Shown: in pieces, positions 19,629 through 28,146 of the stretch
How positions within the stretch are numbered: the first letter of the stretch is position 1
How the letters are laid out: each line of letters starts with the position of its first letter
Source of the DNA: a virus
Reading direction: 5' to 3' (one strand)
Virus record (IMG/VR): IMGVR_UViG_3300045988_181003
Span: 336,902-400,901 of that record
Length of the DNA: 64,000 bases
Position numbers and translations under genes: made by a program
Notes under the pieces: model-generated
The model's input: only the letters and a program-made list of their open reading frames with translations
Databases searched by the model: none
What the model was told of the DNA's origin: nothing

Positions 19629-20918
19629 TTAGGTGGTTATTAATTCATTACAAAATTTATATTCCTCGCAATTAGAATTAAGATACTCTTTATACTTATT
19701 TCCACAGAATATCAGTCTACCTTGTTGTCTGTCAAGAATTTGACCAACTCTAAAGCTTGGAATATAACTATTCTTAATAGCAAAATTAACATAACCATGT
19801 AATCCTTCATATGGATCACTAGATGCAGCATGATAGGTAACAGTATAAGGCTTATCTCCCCCACTTGGTCTTTCACCAACAAACTTAAATGTGCATCCTT
19901 CTATTACAATGTTACTTGATAATGCAAGACCTCCTCCAATACACTTTGATAGGGCGTTATCCATTGTTTCATATTCACTAATAAAATGGATGTTGTAATA
20001 TTTATTAATATAACTCTCAACTACAGTACCAGGATCATCGTGTACTACATAGCAGCCATTGATATTGTGCAAAATAGCATCATGTAATTCATAACCACCT
20101 CCAGTAGAGCTACAACCGAATAAGTTACAATGCTCATTTATATCTACATTTGTTCCCGTATAATGTAATGTAATTTTTGAGTTGTTAAACCAATATCTGC
20201 AACCTCCACCAATAGGCAATTCATGACCTCTTAATTTATATTTGCTTTCAATCAGATCAAAAACTTCTTGGTTAAATAGATAATCCCCAAATTCCCAAAC
20301 AACATCTACATTTCCAGTTGTATATGCATCAATTAATTTGTTTAGTATTTCTTCTTGAGTATCCGCCGTTCTGATATATCTCTTTTGTAATTTACTCTCA
20401 AGTTTACTCTCTATAATTACACCATTTTTTATTGAGTTGGATATAACTTTGTTGGCAGCTATCACACTTTCTCTTCTGTGGGTAATCTTATAACATGATT
20501 CATAAGCGTAGTTATAGGATATAATCACCTTAACAATTTCACTTGGTACAATATATTCTCGTGTAACAACATTGTTAATACCTTTATCAGGTATGACATT
20601 TCCATTAACATCATAAGCGCATAAAAACTTAAATGTAGCTCTACCGCCTTCTGTTTCATTCAAGTCAGTTACAGCTATAATATCATTTTCATTTACTATT
20701 ACCTCTTGATATCTATAACTAGTAGCTGATACTCCTGAATATGTTCCGTTAGAATTATAAAATCCTATATTATTGTTATCTTTAGGATAAGTTATTTTTT
20801 CCTCTGACGATATAACTTCAAAGTTTTCATATACTTCTTCAAAATTATTATCTATTCCTTGTGCAATAGTACCCCATATTTTTGCATTATCTTTTGCTAT
20901 ATCAAATATCTTTTCCAT
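19629..20918 (-). CDS. hypothetical tail-associated protein
   Basis: 429 codons, Gly/Cys-rich C-terminal half, sits between fibre genes. Confidence 0.45.
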   Translation of the reverse strand: MEKIFDIAKDNAKIWGTIAQGIDNNFEEVYENFEVISSEEKITYPKDNNNIGFYNSNGTYSGVSATSYRYQEVIVNENDIIAVTDLNETEGGRATFKFLCAYDVNGNVIPDKGINNVVTREYIVPSEIVKVIISYNYAYESCYKITHRRESVIAANKVISNSIKNGVIIESKLESKLQKRYIRTADTQEEILNKLIDAYTTGNVDVVWEFGDYLFNQEVFDLIESKYKLRGHELPIGGGCRYWFNNSKITLHYTGTNVDINEHCNLFGCSSTGGGYELHDAILHNINGCYVVHDDPGTVVESYINKYYNIHFISEYETMDNALSKCIGGGLALSSNIVIEGCTFKFVGERPSGGDKPYTVTYHAASSDPYEGLHGYVNFAIKNSYIPSFRVGQILDRQQGRLIFCGNKYKEYLNSNCEEYKFCNELITT

Positions 20919-20919
20919 A

Positions 20920-23900
20920 CTAATCGTTCTTAATTAAAGTATTATTAGATATCGAAGTCTCATTATCAACCGAAGAGATAACTACATTTTTCTTAAATAG
21001 TTTATTCCCTAGATCAATAATTCCATCTTGTTCCATTAAGTTTCGTATCATTCCTATTGATAATGGATCAATTGTTTTGGACCACAACATTTCTTTGTAG
21101 AATACCATTTTTCGATAAACATTATTCCATTCACCAAATGCAATGCCTTTTGTATCAGTATTTGTACCAACTATAAGATTACTTCCATTATAGTTTGTTT
21201 TAGTACAATATTGGATTTCATCAGTACAGCTTAATGTATTAGCCTGACCAAAATTATATTGTTGAATAACAGTAGATGATGTAATATAACTCTGTATGAA
21301 TGCTCCCCCACCAGTTTTTAATGAACCTTTATGTTGAATAGCACTATAAATAGCAGGATCTCCTATATCTTTATATTTAATAATATATGTATAATCTGTA
21401 AACTCAGGGATATAATTACAATTAATATAATCATCAATACCATCAAGTACTAAACCACTAGGATATTCAGGCTGTATTTCAATCCTAACTCCTTCGGTAC
21501 TTTCATTATTAATCAAAGTTATATTCATACCAATCCAAACAGTAGCCGGAGTTTCCTCTTTCACTTGTATTGGAACACTGGCTGGGAGTTCATGTATACC
21601 ATTACTATTTATAGTAATAAAACTATTATTCGAGGTATTATCGGCGGATACATAATAATATCTTATTGATTCTCCAGTTTTTAAACCATTAACTTTTATA
21701 TTAAATGAAGGAATAGTAATACTATAACTACCATTAACATCATTAACATAACTGTAAAATAAAGCAAAAGTAGGATGTTCAACTTTATAAATAGTAATGC
21801 TGTTCGAAGTTAATCCATAACTCCATGCGTTACCATCATTTGTTCTTAAATTTATCCAGGTCTTATTAGCACCTAATACAACAGGATAACCCTTATATCC
21901 AGACATTCCCTCATAAGAGAAATTTACACATCTAAGATACATATTATCTTGACTAACCCCAGATTGTTTGCGAACCTGCTCTAAAATATTTACTCTAGAA
22001 TCTCCTTCATCATTAGTTTTGCCATATACATCCCAATAGTATTCTGGTTTTTCTACATATCCCTCCGATGTTCCTAACCATTCACATAGTATTTCTCTAT
22101 CAGAATTACTAGGTACTTCTGGGAGTACAACAGTTCGATACATAGCAAATTGTGAAAAATTACTTCCACCAACTGTTGAACCAAATACTGGAGATACTGT
22201 ATTACTACTGTTGTCAGTTTCACAGATCGTCTCAAATACATGAGTTTTTGCATATAGTTCTGCCGTAGTTATATATTTATTCAAAACTGAATCTATGTAA
22301 GTATATCCATCTTGATTTCTAGTTTGATAAGCTGGGAATTTAGATACTTCAGAATCACTTGGTATATAAACACAAAGTCCAGTATAACTTACAGTTTTTC
22401 TTTGATCGTATAAGACAGTTCCTTTTCTTTGCCAATTAGTTTTCATACCAAGATATTTTCCACCATAAGCAATATTCTCAACAGTTCCTCTATCATCCAC
22501 ACCATCAAAACAAAGTGCTCCAGTGTATTCAGGTTGAACTTCTATAGTAATGTTACAGTCATAATGTCCAATATTTTTTAAATCAACTGCACTAAATCCA
22601 ACCCATATATTTTCATCAGTTAAATTATCAGTTCCTGCATATGATTTAGGAAGTGTATAAGTCCCATCTTCGGATATCTGAATTGTCTGTTTTGTTGTAG
22701 AAGTTTCAGAATCAATATATGCATATCTAATTCCAAAATCTCCACTCAGTCCTCGTACTTTTACTTTAAAAGATGGGATCTCTTTATTATACTCAGTTAA
22801 AACTCCTTCTGATTTTATATAACTATGTAATAGTGCAATATTAAAACTTATTTTGGTTATACTAATATAATTACTGTGATATTCAGCCATAAATGATTCA
22901 CTATTGTTGGGTCTAATAGTTAACCAAGTTTTATTGGCTCCAAACACTACTGGGTAACCATCTTTTCCACTTATACCTTCATAGGTGAAATTATTGAGTT
23001 TAAGATGTCTCCCCTGACCAGTTAAATCCGGAAGATAGCCTAGGTTACTTAAACCAGTATTATTTATTATATCTGGGTCATACATAAATAAAGCTTCTGG
23101 TGTAGATAATTTCCATTTACATTTGACTGACCAGTTAAGTGTGTTATTTTTTTCTACAACTGCATATTTAATAGATTCATCTGAACCAAATCGATTTCCA
23201 TTAAAATATAATGCTCCTACTATTGTATAGAAATTTGATAATAGATTTTCAAAATTCAGGTATTTAATTCTACTTCCTATTTTTATCTTATCACCATAAG
23301 TATATTCATGAGTTCCATCTTCATTTTTAAAATGAATTACAGTTGGATATGGTTGAAGAATATCTTCATATCTGATATATTCATCAATTGTAATATCTAT
23401 TCTTTGTGGTGATCTAGTAACAGCTAATATAAATCTCCAGTATTGTGCATCAACATTTCCTTTAGTCATTTCCTCTCCATTAAGAGTGACTTTCGAGATT
23501 TCATCGGTTTCATTAGTTGTAGCAATATTAATCTGAACTCTAGTTCCAATTGGTATATAATCACCAACTAGAATTGGATTACCAGTAGAAACATTAAAAT
23601 ATAGAATTCTTTTGTATGGAATATTACTTTCTACTATAGGTTTCCACTGAATCATCCCCGGATATAATGTTCCAAGTTTAAGCTTCTTCAGTTGTCGTTC
23701 TATCAAGAACTCAGACATTGAATATGGATATAGCAAGAAAGACCAGATAGCAACTTTAGAAAATCTTGTATCATTATCTCTTAGAGTTCCCATCCACATT
23801 GAACTTTGATCTATACCGCTTCCTAATGTTAAATTAGCTGAATAATTGTATTGATATTTTGTTTGTACAACAATTCCTCTTTCCGTTATTTTCGAATTTG

Positions 23901-25746
23901 ATATGTTAGTGTTATTTTTACCAAATGTCCAAGTTTGGATAATTCCATCTGTAGGAGACTGGCTTTGTTCTAAGATGAATGCTCCTTGATCACCAGTGGC
24001 TGCTTTTGAAACAATACCTCCACTGTCTATCATAAAATTCAAAAATTTTCTATCAGCCACCACAGTATAGTCCTTCAAAACAGGAAGACCAGTTGTCTTG
24101 CCGAAATCATCAACCCCATTCAAGCATAGGGTGTTCTCTATGTCATCAATAGGAAGTACTGTAACCTTAACATTAACACTTTCGTTATATTTACTTATAC
24201 ACCAACCACTATAAGCTGCTTCTTCAGTTTGCGGAGTAGCAGGAATGTCGTATATACCATCTTCTAATATATCTACATAAGTAGTTACAGAAGCAGTAGT
24301 ATTTATTCTCCATTTAAGATTTCCTTCTGTAATAGTAGAAACACCTTCAATCTTAACTTTATAAGTAGGTAAAACTTTATTTTTAGTATTAACTTCTAAT
24401 AAATTAGCAGTACTAGTATTAGAAGTAATAATGAAATTGTCTTTATTTACTATTACATTACCTCTATCAGGAAGATAAGTGTAATCTTTAAAACTAATAG
24501 GATAATTACCTATACCACTTTGTTTCTCCCAAGCAATATTGTTCAATTGCATATCATATCCATGACCAGATAAATCTACTAATTTATCACTAAAATCAGA
24601 GTGATTATCATTGGTAATTCCTTGTTGGGATATATTATAATATACCTGAGGAGTTATACATCGATCTAGGTTATAATATTCTATTATAAGATGTATTTCA
24701 TTCTCTGTCAGTACTCTATCAGCAATAATTGTCCAATACCAGGCTACTTGTGATAATTCTGCCAGATTACCATTTGATGAATTCTTATAACCAACTACAC
24801 TATAAATGTCGTTAGTCTGATGTGTTCCACCTTGAGAAACATAATCTTCTTTATCACCAAGAAGTTTTACAGAATTAGGAACAGTTGGTGAAACTTTTAG
24901 ATTAGGACAAGTGTATCCATATATCCCCGTTTTTCCAGTATTTCCTTTTGCTACAATATTTCTGGTACACATTAATGATGAATTATATCTGATATTATTT
25001 ATAGAATTACTAAAAGATTCTCCTTCTATATCAGATATTTGAGTAATCATTGATATGACAGTTACTTTTCCACTGTTTCCTATAATTGAATCTAGAGTTT
25101 TATCTGAATAAATAAAATCATCTATACCATCTGTTACTAATGCACAAGGATAGTCTGGATTGCCATATCCAGAATTGGGTGTATATGAAAACCCTGATAA
25201 TACTAGATTATTTCCATTTCCAGATATGTCTGATATAATATCTCTATCTGAATCTTGATTTGTCTTTCCAAATGCAGTACAAACCATTTTGATAGAGTTT
25301 TTAAGATCACTAGATAAAGTTTTTCCTAAAAAATCTCTAAGATCATTTTCAGCTGTATAGAAATTATTATATAGTTTTCCCTCTTTTTCTTTAGTTATAT
25401 TTATCTTTTGAGAATTTCTTAATTCTTTAGACTCATAAATATATCTAGAATCATCTGGTATAGTAATTACATTAGAATCAGTAACTTTAATTATCTCATC
25501 ATTGATTGTAACTGATTCTGCTCCAACTGAAGTAAACAATTCATAATCTTTAACTCCACTTAAATCATCAGTTAAAGAAGTAATTGTATAATAATAACCT
25601 GTATCAAGACAATAAAATATTCCACCGATATCTGGATTTAGAATAGTATTTACCTCTGATAAGGTTTGTATTCTATCTCGAACATCTAGCGGCTGATTAT
25701 TTTGTAACTCAATACCACTAGATGTTATAATTTGTTTATTACTCAT
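20920..25746 (-). CDS. very large tail fibre / structural protein with internally repeated domains
   Basis: 1608 codons; N-terminus homologous to N-termini of the 943- and 909-aa fibre proteins; repeated modules (GYPVV.GANKTW..., IE.QPEY...LDG.DD). Confidence 0.7.
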   Translation of the reverse strand: MSNKQIITSSGIELQNNQPLDVRDRIQTLSEVNTILNPDIGGIFYCLDTGYYYTITSLTDDLSGVKDYELFTSVGAESVTINDEIIKVTDSNVITIPDDSRYIYESKELRNSQKINITKEKEGKLYNNFYTAENDLRDFLGKTLSSDLKNSIKMVCTAFGKTNQDSDRDIISDISGNGNNLVLSGFSYTPNSGYGNPDYPCALVTDGIDDFIYSDKTLDSIIGNSGKVTVISMITQISDIEGESFSNSINNIRYNSSLMCTRNIVAKGNTGKTGIYGYTCPNLKVSPTVPNSVKLLGDKEDYVSQGGTHQTNDIYSVVGYKNSSNGNLAELSQVAWYWTIIADRVLTENEIHLIIEYYNLDRCITPQVYYNISQQGITNDNHSDFSDKLVDLSGHGYDMQLNNIAWEKQSGIGNYPISFKDYTYLPDRGNVIVNKDNFIITSNTSTANLLEVNTKNKVLPTYKVKIEGVSTITEGNLKWRINTTASVTTYVDILEDGIYDIPATPQTEEAAYSGWCISKYNESVNVKVTVLPIDDIENTLCLNGVDDFGKTTGLPVLKDYTVVADRKFLNFMIDSGGIVSKAATGDQGAFILEQSQSPTDGIIQTWTFGKNNTNISNSKITERGIVVQTKYQYNYSANLTLGSGIDQSSMWMGTLRDNDTRFSKVAIWSFLLYPYSMSEFLIERQLKKLKLGTLYPGMIQWKPIVESNIPYKRILYFNVSTGNPILVGDYIPIGTRVQINIATTNETDEISKVTLNGEEMTKGNVDAQYWRFILAVTRSPQRIDITIDEYIRYEDILQPYPTVIHFKNEDGTHEYTYGDKIKIGSRIKYLNFENLLSNFYTIVGALYFNGNRFGSDESIKYAVVEKNNTLNWSVKCKWKLSTPEALFMYDPDIINNTGLSNLGYLPDLTGQGRHLKLNNFTYEGISGKDGYPVVFGANKTWLTIRPNNSESFMAEYHSNYISITKISFNIALLHSYIKSEGVLTEYNKEIPSFKVKVRGLSGDFGIRYAYIDSETSTTKQTIQISEDGTYTLPKSYAGTDNLTDENIWVGFSAVDLKNIGHYDCNITIEVQPEYTGALCFDGVDDRGTVENIAYGGKYLGMKTNWQRKGTVLYDQRKTVSYTGLCVYIPSDSEVSKFPAYQTRNQDGYTYIDSVLNKYITTAELYAKTHVFETICETDNSSNTVSPVFGSTVGGSNFSQFAMYRTVVLPEVPSNSDREILCEWLGTSEGYVEKPEYYWDVYGKTNDEGDSRVNILEQVRKQSGVSQDNMYLRCVNFSYEGMSGYKGYPVVLGANKTWINLRTNDGNAWSYGLTSNSITIYKVEHPTFALFYSYVNDVNGSYSITIPSFNIKVNGLKTGESIRYYYVSADNTSNNSFITINSNGIHELPASVPIQVKEETPATVWIGMNITLINNESTEGVRIEIQPEYPSGLVLDGIDDYINCNYIPEFTDYTYIIKYKDIGDPAIYSAIQHKGSLKTGGGAFIQSYITSSTVIQQYNFGQANTLSCTDEIQYCTKTNYNGSNLIVGTNTDTKGIAFGEWNNVYRKMVFYKEMLWSKTIDPLSIGMIRNLMEQDGIIDLGNKLFKKNVVISSVDNETSISNNTLIKND

Positions 25747-26224
25747 CTCCCTTCCATCCTATTTCTTTTAATCCAGCTTTAACCCATTTAACAAAAGTAT
25801 CATGAGCTGTAATTTCTGGATCACTTGGATCTGTGAATCTTTTTCTATTAATAGCTTCTATTTCTCCATCTTCAGCAGAAAACTCTTGACGGATAGCTGC
25901 GTTAATTAATCTACCATAGGTAACAGGTTTTTTGCAAACAATTGAATAAGCATAGTCAATCTCCTTTTCATGACTAACTGGATTTTCTTCATCTAGAATT
26001 TCACTAGTTGTAATAGTTTCTCTAGTATGTTTTATAAAAACTTGTTTAGAAGAACCAAGATCAATTTCCACTACCTTATCATCTAAAAATTTAACTAATT
26101 TAAGATCTTTTTCACTCCAATTTTCTTTGATTGTTTCTGGAGTATCTATTGGCTGCATTGCCAAATCTTGAATACTTTTAATCATGATTTTAAATATTTT
26201 CGTTATTATTAATACTTGAATCAC
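25739..26224 (-). CDS. hypothetical protein immediately 3' of DGR reverse transcriptase (possible accessory factor; not Avd-like)
   Basis: 161 codons overlapping RT 3' end by 35 nt; acidic, so unlike basic Avd. Confidence 0.45.
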   Translation of the reverse strand: MIQVLIITKIFKIMIKSIQDLAMQPIDTPETIKENWSEKDLKLVKFLDDKVVEIDLGSSKQVFIKHTRETITTSEILDEENPVSHEKEIDYAYSIVCKKPVTYGRLINAAIRQEFSAEDGEIEAINRKRFTDPSDPEITAHDTFVKWVKAGLKEIGWKGDE

Positions 26225-27719
26225 TATCTTTATAATATCCCAAAGAGTTATTAGTTAATGTTGGGAAATATTTAGATAGTTCACTCTCTTGTACTTCTTC
26301 TAAGTATTCAACAGAGTCTTTAAAAATTATACCACCATCATCCTCAAGAACTAAGTGTTCTAGTGGAAAATATGTTTTCTGACGTTCTTCAAAACTGATA
26401 CCCATTTGTTTTGCTTCGAATGCTATCTGTTTATCAAGTTTAGATAGAAATTCGAATATATATTTATATCCACCCTTAACTTTAAATACTTTGTAGGTTG
26501 GATATTCTGGTTTAAATGGATTAGCTACTGGTTTAGAAACTTTTATTCCTAAAATCATACATACCCAAGGACTAGATTTTTTATCTGGTTCTCTTAATTC
26601 ATAACTAATTAGTATCAATTCTTTTCCAAGAACTGCTTTCACGTCTTTGCATGGAACGTTTACTGTTCCCTCTCTAACTTTTAGAGTCTTTGCAATATTT
26701 CTAAAGTCCAAATCTTTAATATTATTTGTTAATACTTTCCAGAGATTTATAGTATCAGCATGACAAATTAATCCAAAATATGATGCCATAGATTCTCTAG
26801 ATTTTTCTATTCTCTTTTTTGCTCTTTTCTTCAATGTTTTTCTAACTGTGGTATATCCTTTTCCATGATGATTTTTAGTTTGTTCTGATCTATGAAAAAC
26901 ATAACCACCTATGTCTACTGGAACTCGAACTGGACATAATTTAATATTTTTCTTAAGTCTATATTGAAGTTCCCTCTTAAGATATATTTTTACAAACTCC
27001 AGAACTTTTTTGGCTCCTTCTTTTGTCTTACAACCAATAAATACATCATCTGCATATCTATGATAGCTCACTACATCTGGAAATTTTTCTAAGATTAAGT
27101 GATCAAACTCAAGCATAATGATATGATGATTAGTTGGACTGAGTGGTGTTCCAATTGGTAATCCTTTATTACACATTGAGACTTTTCTAAGATGTTTTAA
27201 AAGAAGAGGATCTTTGAATAATCTTTCATGTGCTTTCCACATTACTTCTGGTTTTGTCGATCCATAACAATTTTTTATGTCTAACTTTAAATACCACTGC
27301 ATTTCATGTTTTTCATAAAAATCATGTTTTAATTTATGGACCATTGAATATCTCTTATTACTGGATGTTATTCCTCGCCCAGGTATACAATTATATACAT
27401 TGTCTACAATATACTTCTCAAATCTGGGTCGAATCAAGAGGAGTATAACATGCATCACAATTCTCCATTCTAACGAACAACAAGATATTTGTCTAACTTT
27501 ACCAGTAAATGATACTTTTGTTAATGGCGAATAAACTATTGAATGTTTAAGGTAGAATTCTGATTTTATTCTATCATAGATAATATCTACATTATGTTGT
27601 AGGTTTTTCTTAAAATTAATTACATCTCTATGATGAATTTTAGATTTTAAAGCATTAAGTGTTGCTTGGAGTACTAAATCTTTAGTTATAGTACACCATA
27701 AGTTTCCCTGTCTTTTCAT
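26190..27719 (-). CDS. DGR reverse transcriptase with approx. 180-aa C-terminal extension
   Basis: YADD catalytic motif (SYHRYADDVFIGC), GLPIGTPLSP motif-4 (bRT-like GLPIG), GRG motif, basic thumb; located just 3' of an AAC-rich template repeat that matches VR1. Confidence 0.85.
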   Translation of the reverse strand: MKRQGNLWCTITKDLVLQATLNALKSKIHHRDVINFKKNLQHNVDIIYDRIKSEFYLKHSIVYSPLTKVSFTGKVRQISCCSLEWRIVMHVILLLIRPRFEKYIVDNVYNCIPGRGITSSNKRYSMVHKLKHDFYEKHEMQWYLKLDIKNCYGSTKPEVMWKAHERLFKDPLLLKHLRKVSMCNKGLPIGTPLSPTNHHIIMLEFDHLILEKFPDVVSYHRYADDVFIGCKTKEGAKKVLEFVKIYLKRELQYRLKKNIKLCPVRVPVDIGGYVFHRSEQTKNHHGKGYTTVRKTLKKRAKKRIEKSRESMASYFGLICHADTINLWKVLTNNIKDLDFRNIAKTLKVREGTVNVPCKDVKAVLGKELILISYELREPDKKSSPWVCMILGIKVSKPVANPFKPEYPTYKVFKVKGGYKYIFEFLSKLDKQIAFEAKQMGISFEERQKTYFPLEHLVLEDDGGIIFKDSVEYLEEVQESELSKYFPTLTNNSLGYYKDSDSSINNNENI

Positions 27720-27930
27720 TTGTCCTAATCATTTATTTTTTTTTTCGACCAGGCTGTCTCAGCTTTCGAAATGATTTCTCATCCTACTAACAAAGATCCG
27801 TATCTCGCCTTTTTATATATACGGAGTGTCTTGATATTTTTTGGAACTTCCCCAAGGTTTACCTGGTGTTTCTCTCACCATCCACGGCTCGAAAGTCTGA
27901 ATGGATTTAGAAAATCAACAGGTCATAAAA
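27720..27930 (-). ncRNA. non-coding spacer between TR and RT start (candidate DGR RNA spacer/priming region)
   Basis: 210 nt without ORF between TR 3' end and RT start codon, same strand; by analogy with Bordetella DGR RNA where the spacer primes cDNA synthesis. Confidence 0.3.
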
Positions 27931-28020
27931 GGGAGGCGGCATAGTTGCGGTTCGAATTCGACTGGGAGTTGTTGCCATTCCAGTTACGAGCCGAATCGTT
28001 ACTCCAGTTAGCGTTACCTC
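27931..28020 (-). repeat. DGR template repeat (TR)
   Basis: non-coding (in-frame stop) repeat; sense strand encodes ...GNANWSNDSARNWNGNNSQSNSNRNYAASL with 9 AAC/AAT codons; VR1 differs only at these adenines. Confidence 0.85.
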
Positions 28021-28059
28021 AAAACCAAGTAAACCTATTCTAAATATTTCTATTTAGTT

Positions 28060-28097
28060 GTTATATCTGTTCCCAGATCGTAATGTCTGGATATAAC
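28060..28097 (-). terminator. bulged hairpin between 909-aa fibre gene and TR
   Basis: gttatatc...ccagaTCGTAATGtctgg...gatataac stem-loop; could terminate the fibre transcript or mark 5' end of DGR RNA. Confidence 0.35.
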
Positions 28098-28146
28098 TGT
28101 TTTATGACAGTAATTTTCAAAGAGAAGCTACTGTATTGTCATAAAT

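Noticed and set aside
25739-26224. 161-aa ORF next to RT as the DGR accessory variability determinant (Avd)
   Set aside because: The protein is net acidic and longer than the small, strongly basic helical Avd. It is kept only as a possible alternative accessory factor.
26190-27930. RT could have been a group II intron or retron RT, given the SP in motif 4 and a 509-aa protein larger than typical DGR RTs
   Set aside because: The adjacent AAC-rich repeat has adenine-only mismatches to a distant coding region. I saw no intron domain V/VI or GUGYG boundary. The GLPIG and N-terminal motifs are like the Bordetella DGR RT.
27948-27960. ggttcgaattcg resembles a tRNA T-arm (GGTTCGAAT) and could have hinted at a tRNA
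   Set aside because: It lies inside the DGR template repeat. There is no acceptor or anticodon stem geometry around it, and the same sequence, with A-site changes, is in the VR coding region.
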